A stretch of 64,000 nt of DNA from an uncultured Candidatus Saccharibacteria bacterium (GCA_964350165.1 CAYGJA010000004.1:7638-71637), one strand, 5' to 3'; numbered from the stretch's first letter, positions 10,112 to 19,983 are shown. A program made the numbers and translations. Notes: generated by a model not told the origin, from the sequence alone.

Positions 10112-11461
10112 TTAGTAAATGTCAGATTCGGGTAGACCATATTGAGAATGCATGTATTCAACCAAATCTGAGCGTTCAATAGCATTGGGAACTGGTAAAA
10201 CCTCGAGGGTTTCGGCAGAAAAAGGAACGCTTAATTCTTCGTCGATCACAATACGACAGTACATTTGCCCGGGGCCAAGATTCTGTAAATCTCGAGAGTC
10301 AAAAACGGGTAGCATTTCGCTACGAAGTCGACTAGCGTCTTCACCAAATAGGCGAAAACAGAAAAAATTATCAGTACGAGCCAGCAATTGTTGAGTAGCA
10401 TCGCTGGTGATACTAAGGGTCGAATTCATAATAAGAGTAAAAGAAAGTCCGGTGGAGCGACTAGTACTAAGAAGTCCATGCAGAAGCTCGCTATCCAATC
10501 GAGGAAATTCATCAAGATAAAATGAGTAGTCTTTTCTCACTGCCTGAGTGTCTCGGGCGGGTCGGTTTTGGGCAAATTCCATAAAACGAGCCATGACCAA
10601 CGAGGCAAAAAAACCAGAAGCCGTCTCTCCCAAACGATCTGGCAAAAGTCTGATAAGAACTATTTTTTGTTCATCGATAAAAGATTCCATGGGCAAAGTA
10701 TCAAAAGTGTTTTGATAGATATCTTTGAGGCTCGGATGTGCAACCAAACTGCGAAGGATGTTTATTAGCGGCAGGATTGCGTCAGCTTCGTGTTTATTTT
10801 TCCAATTTGGATATTCTTCGCGCCAGAAATCAATCAGGGACTGGTCACTCAGTGTTTCGATCAGATCTGCGCGAATTTTTTCGTCTTTAAGAAATTCATA
10901 CGCCAGGTATAGACTGGGCTTGTCGCTATTCAGTATGGTTGCAAAAAGCGTGTGAGTCAGATGTTCTAATTGAGGATTCCATAAATTAGAATACATGCCC
11001 TGCAAGGTGCTTTCCATGATTCTAATCATGGGAAAAACAAAATCCTCAGAAATATCAGCCAGTGGATTGAGACGTATCCGAAGAGATGGATCCTGCGGGT
11101 CAAGAATAATTACATCTTTCAGTCTTGCTTCTGGAATATCTTTCATCAGTTCAGACACCAAGTCTCCTCGAAAATCAATCACACAAGCACCGTATCCATG
11201 AGCCAGGTCTTGACGAACCATGGCTTGGATAAATTTTGTCTTCCCCATACCAGGCCGACCAACAACCAAGGTGTTCCGACGACGGTCTCTGCGCCTGATA
11301 CCAAAGAGAAAGCGTTTTTGCTCGAGGGCCGCTTCGTAATTACTCCAAGCCACATACGAAACAAATTCTGGCTTTTCTCGACCGTACAGAGGCAGATTCT
11401 TGGGTGGTGGGGCCAGTTTTGAATCCTGAATTTTACTACTCTGGTCGCCCTGCTTATTCAT
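10112..11461 (-). CDS. Divergent TrwB/TraD-like ATPase paralog
   Basis: GIRRRDRRRN, Walker A GRPGMGKT, IDFRGDL, FYLDEFP, PFSAETL; same fold as neighbour. Confidence 0.82.
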   Translation of the reverse strand: MNKQGDQSSKIQDSKLAPPPKNLPLYGREKPEFVSYVAWSNYEAALEQKRFLFGIRRRDRRRNTLVVGRPGMGKTKFIQAMVRQDLAHGYGACVIDFRGDLVSELMKDIPEARLKDVIILDPQDPSLRIRLNPLADISEDFVFPMIRIMESTLQGMYSNLWNPQLEHLTHTLFATILNSDKPSLYLAYEFLKDEKIRADLIETLSDQSLIDFWREEYPNWKNKHEADAILPLINILRSLVAHPSLKDIYQNTFDTLPMESFIDEQKIVLIRLLPDRLGETASGFFASLVMARFMEFAQNRPARDTQAVRKDYSFYLDEFPRLDSELLHGLLSTSRSTGLSFTLIMNSTLSITSDATQQLLARTDNFFCFRLFGEDASRLRSEMLPVFDSRDLQNLGPGQMYCRIVIDEELSVPFSAETLEVLPVPNAIERSDLVEYMHSQYGLPESDIY

Positions 11462-12350
11462 TCGAGTCTGTTTTAGGGGTAGTAATTTGTCGCACCACTT
11501 GTTGTGGGAAAGGTATTTCTATCTCAGCCTCTTCGAAGGCAACTTTGATGCGGCGACGCAACTCTCCCGTTACTGACCATTGCTCTAGAGGTTTCGTCTC
11601 ACCCAGAATCTTTACGATAACAGCCGAATCTGCCAGCTCGTCAACACGCAAAAACTGAGGTGCCTGAATAATTTTGTCTTTCCATTCAGGGTCTTCAGCT
11701 AATTCAGTTCCTACACGATTGATTACTTTAATGGCTTCTTCCAGCTTTGTTTCGTAGCTTACGCCAACGTCTAAGTTTATCCTGGAGAAATCTTTGGACA
11801 TATTTGACGTGATTTTAATTTCTCCATTAGGAACATGGTGAACAACACCATCTAGATCCCGCAGAGTTGTGGCTCGCAGGTTGATGGCCTCAACAGCTCC
11901 GCAAGTTGCCCCAAAGCAAACCACGTCTCCTACGCGATACTGATTTTCAAAAACAATAAAAAATCCATTAATCAGGTCGCGAACCAGGTACTGTGCACCA
12001 AAGCCAAGCGCCACGCCAGCGATACCCGCTCCAGCCAAAAGGGGGCCTATGTTGATTGACAGTTCACCCAGAATCATGAGTCCGGCGACTACCCAGATCA
12101 CAACATTCAAGAGACCCTTAAAAAGCCCTATCAAAGTATCTTCTCTTTTTATCTCAGCGCTCTTGGTTAAAAAGATAGACCCAGGTACCGCACGCCTGAT
12201 GATTCGATCGATAAAACGTAGTGCGACGGTCTTTAGAAGTAGAGCCATCAAAAAAATAAAAAGAATCTTGAGTCCGTGTGTAAAGATCCAGGGCAAGATG
12301 GTTTCGGAAAGTAAATTATTTAAATCTTGGGTCGTAATAGCGATATTCAT
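11454..12350 (-). CDS. Small-conductance mechanosensitive channel (MscS family)
   Basis: LLAGAGIAGVALGFGAQYLVRD, ENQYRVGD, VPNGEI, IPFPQ; start set at MNIAIT. Confidence 0.93.
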   Translation of the reverse strand: MNIAITTQDLNNLLSETILPWIFTHGLKILFIFLMALLLKTVALRFIDRIIRRAVPGSIFLTKSAEIKREDTLIGLFKGLLNVVIWVVAGLMILGELSINIGPLLAGAGIAGVALGFGAQYLVRDLINGFFIVFENQYRVGDVVCFGATCGAVEAINLRATTLRDLDGVVHHVPNGEIKITSNMSKDFSRINLDVGVSYETKLEEAIKVINRVGTELAEDPEWKDKIIQAPQFLRVDELADSAVIVKILGETKPLEQWSVTGELRRRIKVAFEEAEIEIPFPQQVVRQITTPKTDSNE

Positions 12351-12388
12351 AACAAAACAAAAAGGTCTGTTACCGAGTAGTGCCTCTA

Positions 12389-13144
12389 TTATACACTCCT
12401 TTGTCGACGCCATTCGTACATGAGAAGGGCGGCACTTACCGAAGCATTCAACGACTCTACTTCTCGGTTCATCGGTATAGACAAAAGGAAATCACAAGCC
12501 TTCAGGGTGCTGTCTTTTAGTCCTACTCCTTCGTTGCCGACGATAAAGGCCATGGGGCTACCTGATAGTTGCGAATTACCTTCTATTGATTCTCCGTCCA
12601 TGGCTAGGCCAGCAATCCAATATTTTTGTTTTTTCAGAGCTTCGATGGTGTTGACGAGATTGCTCACCCGAGCAATGGGTACCCTTCCTACCGTACCAGC
12701 CGAAGTTTTGAATGAAGTGGCGTTCACTGGAGCCTGGCTGTGGTTAAGCATTACCAGGCCATCAACCCCAAGCGCGGTTGCACTTCGGATAATGGCTCCG
12801 ACATTGTGGGGATCCTCGATTTGTTCCATGATCAAAATAGCTGGATTCTCTGTTTTGATGTCGGCTAACATGTCGTCAAGACCAACATAATCAAAGGACT
12901 TCATTTTGATAACGACCCCCTGATGCTTTACTTGTCCCACATACTCACGCATGTTTTTTTCGGGCACTTGGCGAACGGTAACGCCTATTTTTCTGGCCAC
13001 GGTGGCTACTAGCGACAGATCTTCACTTTCGCCGGCTTTGCCCTGGAGAACATACATCTCGAGAATTCGTTCTGGTTGGTGAGTGAGGATTTCCTTGGCT
13101 ACGTTAATTCCGTAGACATAGAGTTTTGAATTTCTATTTTTCAT
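12389..13144 (-). CDS. rlmB: 23S rRNA G2251 2'-O-methyltransferase RlmB (SPOUT)
   Basis: HQGVV, DPHNVGAIIRSA, GNEGVG, SLNASVSAALLMYE. Confidence 0.92.
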   Translation of the reverse strand: MKNRNSKLYVYGINVAKEILTHQPERILEMYVLQGKAGESEDLSLVATVARKIGVTVRQVPEKNMREYVGQVKHQGVVIKMKSFDYVGLDDMLADIKTENPAILIMEQIEDPHNVGAIIRSATALGVDGLVMLNHSQAPVNATSFKTSAGTVGRVPIARVSNLVNTIEALKKQKYWIAGLAMDGESIEGNSQLSGSPMAFIVGNEGVGLKDSTLKACDFLLSIPMNREVESLNASVSAALLMYEWRRQRSV

Positions 13145-13178
13145 ATTGACAGATTACGTTATTTATTCCAAAAAACAA

Positions 13179-13210
13179 GCGGAAATTGGTTTAGAAGAAC
13201 CAATTTCCGC
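13179..13210 (-). terminator. Intrinsic terminator hairpin
   Basis: GCGGAAATTGGTT / AACCAATTTCCGC inverted repeat followed by a T-rich tail on the minus strand. Confidence 0.75.
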
Positions 13211-13220
13211 CGTCCAAGGC

Positions 13221-13892
13221 CTAGCATCCTTTTAACCACTCTTCATCAGAGCAGATTTGGATACGAGTGTCCCACCCTAGTGTTTGCTGTCCTCCCCCAA
13301 AGGGACCAGAGAGGTCGTGACAGCTTTTGTGTGAATAGCGCATGGTTTCCGCCGAAAAGATCTGGCCGGATTCTGGATCAAATACGCGCACGGCATAAAG
13401 CGATTTGGCTGCAACGATCACCGTCTCGTATGCTGTATCTAGCAAGACATCCAGATATCTGCCGTCTGGTGACACCAAGGGAATAATCTCATGACTGGGG
13501 CCACGATTGATATATGCGACCAGTCGCACCTCATGGTTCCCGTCTTGATCTAGATAGTTCTGCCACCCTAGTCGTACGGCTTGGGTGGGGCCATAACTTT
13601 TCCCCGCTCGGAAACCTTTGGTATCCACCAGACCCAGAACCTTGGAAACATCCATAAAGTCCTCGTGGCTGGCATCAATATCCGAGTATCGCAAGTCCGT
13701 TAGAAAAGTCACGGTTGCCCGAATGGAGTCCAGGCAGACCCTTGGTTTTTTCATACTGCTGCCGTGCGCGTTGGCCGCAATAGTCACTATTTGACATTTT
13801 TGGCCATGGCTAGGCAAAAGGCATTCTGGCTCGATCTTGTTGCAGGAGAGCGCTGGCACAAGGACCAAGACTAAAAAAAGAACTTTCATCAT
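13221..13892 (-). CDS. Hypothetical lipoprotein
   Basis: Hydrophobic leader ending in lipobox-like ALSC; beta-rich body. Confidence 0.7.
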   Translation of the reverse strand: MMKVLFLVLVLVPALSCNKIEPECLLPSHGQKCQIVTIAANAHGSSMKKPRVCLDSIRATVTFLTDLRYSDIDASHEDFMDVSKVLGLVDTKGFRAGKSYGPTQAVRLGWQNYLDQDGNHEVRLVAYINRGPSHEIIPLVSPDGRYLDVLLDTAYETVIVAAKSLYAVRVFDPESGQIFSAETMRYSHKSCHDLSGPFGGGQQTLGWDTRIQICSDEEWLKGC

Positions 13893-13978
13893 ATTGATAC
13901 AAATAACAAGGTTTCCTCTAGTCTACGAGAATCAACAGGCAAAAACTAGTATTTTTACGCTCGGTCTATACTGTCGAC

Positions 13979-14434
13979 ATGAAGAAAATAGAGAAAATCG
14001 ATCGCCAATTATTAGGAACCTTTCGAAAAATCAGCGAACCTTCGGCTCGAATCGCTTTGTTTGTCATATTTTTTTGGTTTGGCATCCTCAAGGTAATTGG
14101 CACCAGTCCGGCCTTGGGTCTTGTTCAGGAACTTTTCAATACCACGTTTCTCTCTCCGCTTCCCTTTGGTGTTTTCTTTGCAGTATTTGGTGCCTACGAA
14201 ATGATTATTGGTATTTTGTTTCTTTCGCGTCGCTCTGAACGTATTGCCATTGCGCTCCTTATTCCCCACATGATTATGACCATGATGCCCCTGTTTCTCA
14301 TGCCTGACGCTGCTTGGCAAAGTTTCCTTACCCCTACGCTAGAGGGTCAATATATTATAAAAAATCTCGCTCTGATTGCCCTGGCTTTTTTTACGACCAT
14401 CCACCTGCGTCCGATTCATATTCATAAAAAATAG
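13979..14434 (+). CDS. DoxX/YkgB-like membrane protein
   Basis: RIALFVIFFWFGILK and PTLEGQYIIKNL motifs; about 4 TM helices. Confidence 0.8.
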   Translation: MKKIEKIDRQLLGTFRKISEPSARIALFVIFFWFGILKVIGTSPALGLVQELFNTTFLSPLPFGVFFAVFGAYEMIIGILFLSRRSERIAIALLIPHMIMTMMPLFLMPDAAWQSFLTPTLEGQYIIKNLALIALAFFTTIHLRPIHIHKK

Positions 14435-14578
14435 AGTTCCGGTATTTGCCGTGGTTTTATTTCTTAGCAGGAGAAGGATTTTTATTGTTCATCTCAAGGA
14501 GACAGAGTTATCCCCGTTTTCCAGAGTCAGATCTCAGCAGAGTATTTATATCCAAAATAATATAATGAATACCAGTAA

Positions 14579-15584
14579 ATGAACAAACAAGATCCTAAAA
14601 AAATTGCTCAAGAATTTTTCTCAATCACAGGCACTTCTCTTGAGAAAATATCGATTGGTTTTACAAACAACACTTATCGATTGGTGGCAAAAAAAACAGA
14701 CGTACATTATACAGGGGTTATCCTCATTCATTACTCAACAAATGGTAGAAGATCAATACCTAATTGCTTCTGCCTTACTTAAAAAAGGCTTTTCTATACC
14801 TTCCTATCTACAGACCCAAAAAGGCACCCACTCGCACCAAGATCAGGGCGGTACCATATGGCGTTGTTATCCAGAAATCTCTGGAGATGTGGCAGAAATA
14901 AATACAAAAGAAATCCAACCTTTGGCTGCTTTTATTAGCGATATGCAAGAAATTTTAAAAACCATCGATTCCAAAACAATTGATTTTCGAAATCATACAA
15001 CCAAAAATACTTTTTGCCCACAAATAACTTTCGAAAATTTTATTCAAGCAAAAAACGACCTCAACTTTAAAAAAATAAAAAAAGAAACAAGAGACCTCTG
15101 CCTGTTGATAGAGAGAACATATCTTTCTTTTGCTTCAAAAAATCCAATAGAGAACATTCACTCGCTTCCAAAAATAATCGTTCACGGAGACTTAAAAAAT
15201 TCAAATATATTATGGAGTAAAAATAAAGTGGTGGGTGTAATTGATCTTGACACTCTTCAATTTAAGCCATTCATTTGGGAAATAGCCGAAGGCTGTAGGA
15301 ATTGGTTTCAAAATGGTGACGATGATAATCTGGGTAACACAAAATTCAAAAAAGAAGACTTCAAGACTTTTTTGTCTCTCTACCGGCCTCCTTTTGAAAT
15401 AAAAAATACAGAAGAAGTAATTATCACAGCTCTAAGGTATGTGGTGCTCCAAGCGGCCATGCGTTTCGCCAGAGACTCCGTTAAACAAAATTATTTTCAA
15501 TTATCTTCCAGATATCCAAACCTCGAAATTCAGAATAAAACACGAGCTCAAAAACAGTTGGATATTTTTTCTCAGCTCTTCTGA
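14579..15584 (+). pseudogene. APH/choline-kinase-like phosphotransferase split by a frameshift at an A8 tract
   Basis: N-terminus in 14579 frame (GFTNNTYRLV); catalytic HGDLKNSNIL and VIDLDT in +1 frame; removing one A from 14689-14696 fuses them. Confidence 0.75.
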
Positions 15585-15616
15585 AATAGAGTCATTTTTT
15601 GAAAAATATCCCAAAA

Positions 15617-15644
15617 CAAAACCACCTGTAAGTAGGTGGTTTTG
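15617..15644 (-). terminator. Hairpin terminator after tRNA-Ala (probably bidirectional)
   Basis: CAAAACCACCT / AGGTGGTTTTG inverted repeat. Confidence 0.75.
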
Positions 15645-15645
15645 T

Positions 15646-15722
15646 TGGTGGACCCGACAGGAATCGAACCTGCGACCTCCTGAGTGCAAAACAGGTGCTC
15701 TAGCCAACTGAGCTACGGGCCC
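15646..15722 (-). tRNA. tRNA-Ala(TGC)
   Basis: GGGCCCGTAGCTCAGTTGG...TT TGC AC...GGTTCGATTCC...GGGTCCACCA; G3:U70 pair; encoded CCA. Confidence 0.96.
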
Positions 15723-15933
15723 ATTAGCCAGCCTTGCGGCCGACCATGTAAGCACAACTCTCTATACAATACGTATAACTTTATGCTTACGAATTGTATG
15801 TTCGAAGAACAACTGGGGAGATTGTAATAGAAACCCGCGTTTTTGCAAGTTATGGGTAGGGGTTAGTCTTGAATTTTTCTCATAGGTTTGGTGGTATAGC
15901 TCCAAAAAAATAATATATGAGAAAATTAGAAGT

Positions 15934-17250
15934 CTAGCCATCTATCCAATTGTTGTTGTTTTTTATAAGGGCTTCACCTATTAAATTTGTTTCACCAGCG
16001 CCAACCGTAAGTATTAAGCTATTTTTTTTAATATTAAGCCTTTCCAACAGATTCATGGTGTCATCGTGTGACTTTGTAGTGTGTACGACCAGATTGGGTA
16101 TGGCAAGGCGAATTTCTTCACAGAGCCTTTCGCTGGTAGTTGTTCCGTCCGGGATTTCTCGCGCTGGATAGATTGGCATTACTACAAGAGATTCGAGAGA
16201 TGGTATGTTTTTGAAGGATAAAATAAAATCATCAAACAAAGCTCTGGTGCGACTGTAAGTATGAGGCTGGAATATAAGTGTAATTTTCTTATTAGGAAAC
16301 ACCTTCACGACGCCGGCTAGAAGTGCTGAAATTTCTGTTGGGTGATGAGCGTAATCATCATACACTTTGGCGGCGCGGTATTTTCCTAAGTACTCAAAAC
16401 GTCGCCAAGTTCCGGTAAACTCTGATAGGGATTTGCGCGCTTTATTTTCGTCGATACCTAGTTGGTTTGCAATTGATAAGGCCAACTTTGCATTCGCCAA
16501 ATTGTAATCAGAAGGAAAGTGTAGTTTTGGATTAGTAAAATTATCATAAATATTTGCTTTTTTGACCCTAAGCTGATTTTTGGTAAAAATGTTCGTGAAT
16601 AATTTTCCATCAATTTGTAGTCTGGCTATAAACTCTTTAAAGGTATCTTCGAGATCCGTTAAGCTTTCGTAGCAATCAACATGATCGAGCTCTACATTGG
16701 TAATACCAATCATATAAGGCGAAAGAGATAGAAAATTACGCTTATATTCGTCGGCTTCCAGTAGTAAATACTGACTCTGTCCTTGAATGTAATTTGAGCC
16801 ATATTCGCGAATCAAGCTTCCCACGATTACCGTTGGGCTTAGACCAGCGTCAACCATTATTTTTGCCAACATAGCAGTTGTTGTTGTTTTACCGTGTGTG
16901 CCGGCAATGGCAATAGTCTTGTATTTTTTTGAAAGTTCCGTACGTACTTCTGGATAGGACATCAATTTTTCCTTATATCTTTGTTTTAAATCTGACAATA
17001 ATTTTGAAGCATAATTTTCAAGAGCAATTGTGTAAACCACTAAATCAACTTTGGCTGGAATTTGAGATATATCTTGCCCTTTTAAAAAACTAACTCCAAG
17101 GTATTCAAGTTCGCGTGTTATTCTTGATTCTGACAAATCAGAGCCAGAGACCCTTACTCCACGATTCAAGAACATCCGCGCAATTGCCGATACGCCAATT
17201 CCGCCAATTCCAAAAAAATGCACACTCTTAAGATTATCAAGATCTAGCAT
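15934..17250 (-). CDS. murC: UDP-N-acetylmuramate--L-alanine ligase
   Basis: GIGGIGVSAIA, GTHGKTTT, EADE, DDYAHHPTEI, FQPHTYSRT. Confidence 0.93.
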   Translation of the reverse strand: MLDLDNLKSVHFFGIGGIGVSAIARMFLNRGVRVSGSDLSESRITRELEYLGVSFLKGQDISQIPAKVDLVVYTIALENYASKLLSDLKQRYKEKLMSYPEVRTELSKKYKTIAIAGTHGKTTTTAMLAKIMVDAGLSPTVIVGSLIREYGSNYIQGQSQYLLLEADEYKRNFLSLSPYMIGITNVELDHVDCYESLTDLEDTFKEFIARLQIDGKLFTNIFTKNQLRVKKANIYDNFTNPKLHFPSDYNLANAKLALSIANQLGIDENKARKSLSEFTGTWRRFEYLGKYRAAKVYDDYAHHPTEISALLAGVVKVFPNKKITLIFQPHTYSRTRALFDDFILSFKNIPSLESLVVMPIYPAREIPDGTTTSERLCEEIRLAIPNLVVHTTKSHDDTMNLLERLNIKKNSLILTVGAGETNLIGEALIKNNNNWIDG

Positions 17251-18586
17251 AAGTCTTGATTAAAGATATAAACTGGTCGTTTCGGTCGTATTCATTGGCA
17301 AACATTCCAAACGAAGCAAAAGCCGGACTGAATAATAGAGTGGATTGTTTCTGAATTGCCTCCGTAAGACCCAGCTGGACCGCTTGTGTAAATTCGGTAG
17401 CTAGAGTGTGGGAGATATTGGCTTTTTTTAGTAAGGGAAGCAGTTCGTCTGTTCCAGATCCAGGTATCAAGACTAGACCAGTTATATTGGTTGCTTGTTT
17501 TAGGTTATTAACCAGGCTATCAAGGCTTAGTTTTTTTGATGCACCGCCCAAGATAACAACTAATTTTTTCTCTGACAACGCCACTATCCCCGCTTCGGTA
17601 GCCGTCGGAGTAGTGGCGTTGTTGTCGTTATAAACAGGGCAAAGCAAGCCAGATATGGACATTTTTTCGAGTCGACCTTCAGGCCCGTGCAAATCCTTTA
17701 AAGCCTGCCTGGCAACACTATTTGATACTCCCAAGGATTTGGTTGCCAAAAGTGCACAGGCAGCATTTCTGCGGTTATGATCGCCAGGCATTCGAATTGT
17801 CCAATCGTTTGGCATTGTTTCGTTATTTGCTATCTGAGCATAATTAGGCAGAGGATAACCGTAATATCTAGCTAATTCTGGAATTGATTCTCCAACAATA
17901 AGGATATCTTTTTGTGTTTGATTTAAGTAAATAGAAGCTTTGTCTTTAAAGTAAAGCTGGCGATTGTTGCCGTAGTAATTTAAATGATCATCCATGAAGT
18001 TTGTAAAGACTGCGATGTGCGGACTCAAGCCACTATCTCGAAATCCTTGTAATTGCCATGAATCAAGTTCAAGAACAACATAATCGCCAGGCTTTACTAT
18101 GTCTAAAAGTGGCAAAGTGGCTGTTCCGCGAAGGTTGCCAGCAGTATAAACTTTTTTGCCAGCAGCTTTTAGTATTTCAGAAATCATTATCGTGGTTGTT
18201 GACTTTCCTCTTGTACCCGTGATTCCAATTATTATGACCCCTTCCGGTACAAGTTCCGCAAACCAGGAAGCATCCATTTTTATCGAGATTCCAGCTTGGT
18301 GAGAAAGTTTCAACAAAGGAGAATCAAGTGGCACTCCGGCTCCTTTTAAAATAAAATCAGTCTCTACAAAATCAACCTCTTTGTGCTCACCAAGTACAAA
18401 ATTTACCGGATGTAATCCTTCTGACTTATTGACAATTTCTATACTGTGACTCAATTCTAGCTGAGACTTTAGGTCTGTTATTGTTAGTTTGGCTCCTTTT
18501 TTCCTAATAAAGCAAGCGTCTTGTATGCCACGACCCAGTAATCCAAGACCCATTTGGGTTATTCTTTTGTTAAGAAAATGATTCAT
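17237..18586 (-). CDS. murD: UDP-MurNAc-L-Ala--D-glutamate ligase
   Basis: GITGTRGKSTT, LELDSWQL, DHLNYY, FSPAFASFGMFANEYDR. Confidence 0.92.
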   Translation of the reverse strand: MNHFLNKRITQMGLGLLGRGIQDACFIRKKGAKLTITDLKSQLELSHSIEIVNKSEGLHPVNFVLGEHKEVDFVETDFILKGAGVPLDSPLLKLSHQAGISIKMDASWFAELVPEGVIIIGITGTRGKSTTTIMISEILKAAGKKVYTAGNLRGTATLPLLDIVKPGDYVVLELDSWQLQGFRDSGLSPHIAVFTNFMDDHLNYYGNNRQLYFKDKASIYLNQTQKDILIVGESIPELARYYGYPLPNYAQIANNETMPNDWTIRMPGDHNRRNAACALLATKSLGVSNSVARQALKDLHGPEGRLEKMSISGLLCPVYNDNNATTPTATEAGIVALSEKKLVVILGGASKKLSLDSLVNNLKQATNITGLVLIPGSGTDELLPLLKKANISHTLATEFTQAVQLGLTEAIQKQSTLLFSPAFASFGMFANEYDRNDQFISLIKTYARS

Positions 18587-18611
18587 GATTAGTTTGATAT
18601 TTATGCGAACC

Positions 18612-19772
18612 TTAATTCACAACAATGCGAGGTATTCGACTTGCCAGAGTAGATCCTATTCTGGTTGGAACCTCGTATGGAATTTTATCGGTCCAGCTTG
18701 CTATTTCTTCGGCTGTTATTTCACTGGCCCCTTGTCTACCCAATAACACAACCTCATCTTCTGGCCGGACTTGCCCACATTCGGTGCAATCAACCATTAT
18801 GTTATTCATACTAACCCTTCCAACCACTGGTGCAATTTTTCCATTAATAAGGACATGACCCACATTGCCAGCCCGACGATCAAAACCCTCGTAATAACCA
18901 ATGGGAATAATCGCCAGGCGTGTTTTGCGCCTGGCCGTAAAGGTCCGACCATAACCTACGCTTTCTCCTGGTTTTATCTCCTTTACCTGGGCAACAAGCG
19001 CCTTCCAGGTAAAAGCGGTCAAGAGAGTCAATTGAGGGTTTTTTAATCTAGCCTTGATGCGCGTAGTTATTGATGGCCAAATACCGTAGCAGGCAATACC
19101 AGGACGTACAAAATTAAGATGCATTTCTGGATATAATATTGTTGCAGCTGAATTGGCAATATGATAATAACTAGGCTTTATTCCAGATTGAACAAAAATC
19201 TCAAAGCATTCTTGGAATTTTTTAAATTGGAAATTTGCAAACTCTTTTGACGTCGTATCTTCAATATTAGCAAAATGTGATGTTATTCCTACTAACTTCA
19301 AAGCAGGGTGAGTGTCTGTAAATTTTGCTAATTTCACAACCTCGTCGATTGAGATTCCTTGACGATTAAGACCAGTCTCAAGTTTTATATGAACCCTTGC
19401 GACTGAATTATTTTTTTTAGCCAAATCAGCCAAGACCCGTAGTCGTAGAAGGTCATAGACGACAATATCAAATGAGTATTGAATAATATCGCCCAATCTG
19501 TCTTTTGGCACAAAACCTAGTATATATATTGGTGCGTTAATTCCAGCCTGCCTAATTTCTAAGGCTTCATCAATAGAGTGAACCGCTAGCCAGTCTGCTC
19601 CAGCCTCTAAAAATATCTGACTGGCCAGAACGGCGCCATGACCATAAGCATTAGCTTTAACGGTGGCACAGAGGATGGTTTTTGGTGAAATTAGACTACG
19701 TATAGTGGCAATATTATGAGAAAGAGCCATACGAGAAATCTCTATCCAAGTAGTGTGGTTTTTTGTTCTCAT
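18612..19772 (-). CDS. alr: Alanine racemase
   Basis: VKANAYGHG PLP-lysine motif, HIKLETGLNRQG, VRPGI, GRVSMN; start set at MRTKNHTTWIEI. Confidence 0.96.
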   Translation of the reverse strand: MRTKNHTTWIEISRMALSHNIATIRSLISPKTILCATVKANAYGHGAVLASQIFLEAGADWLAVHSIDEALEIRQAGINAPIYILGFVPKDRLGDIIQYSFDIVVYDLLRLRVLADLAKKNNSVARVHIKLETGLNRQGISIDEVVKLAKFTDTHPALKLVGITSHFANIEDTTSKEFANFQFKKFQECFEIFVQSGIKPSYYHIANSAATILYPEMHLNFVRPGIACYGIWPSITTRIKARLKNPQLTLLTAFTWKALVAQVKEIKPGESVGYGRTFTARRKTRLAIIPIGYYEGFDRRAGNVGHVLINGKIAPVVGRVSMNNIMVDCTECGQVRPEDEVVLLGRQGASEITAEEIASWTDKIPYEVPTRIGSTLASRIPRIVVN

Positions 19773-19910
19773 GACAGCAAGAGTATAACAAGGGGCGACT
19801 TTATTTTTTCTAAAGAAAGTATCCTTTCGGCCTAGGCAACTTGTGGCAACCAGCAAACACCCAAAAGAGGCTCGCCAGCGTGCAGCCTGATGTGATAATA
19901 TTTCGATTAC

Positions 19911-19983
19911 GGGCCCGTAACTCAGCTGGTAGAGTGCTTCCATGGCATGGAAGAAGTCGTCGGTTCAAGTCCGATCGGGTCCA
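19911..19983 (+). tRNA. tRNA-Ala(GGC)
   Basis: Anticodon arm CTTCC-AT GGC AT-GGAAG; T-arm GGTTCAAGTCC; G3:U70; CCA not encoded. Confidence 0.95.

Noticed and set aside
7686-11461. Conjugative element (ICE)
   Set aside because: No relaxase, VirB4/mating-pair genes, integrase or att boundaries; the genes are embedded with housekeeping rlmB and mscS.
14689-14697. Classical -1 programmed ribosomal frameshift at A-AAA-AAC
   Set aside because: The catalytic domain is in the +1 frame, so a -1 shift would not restore it.
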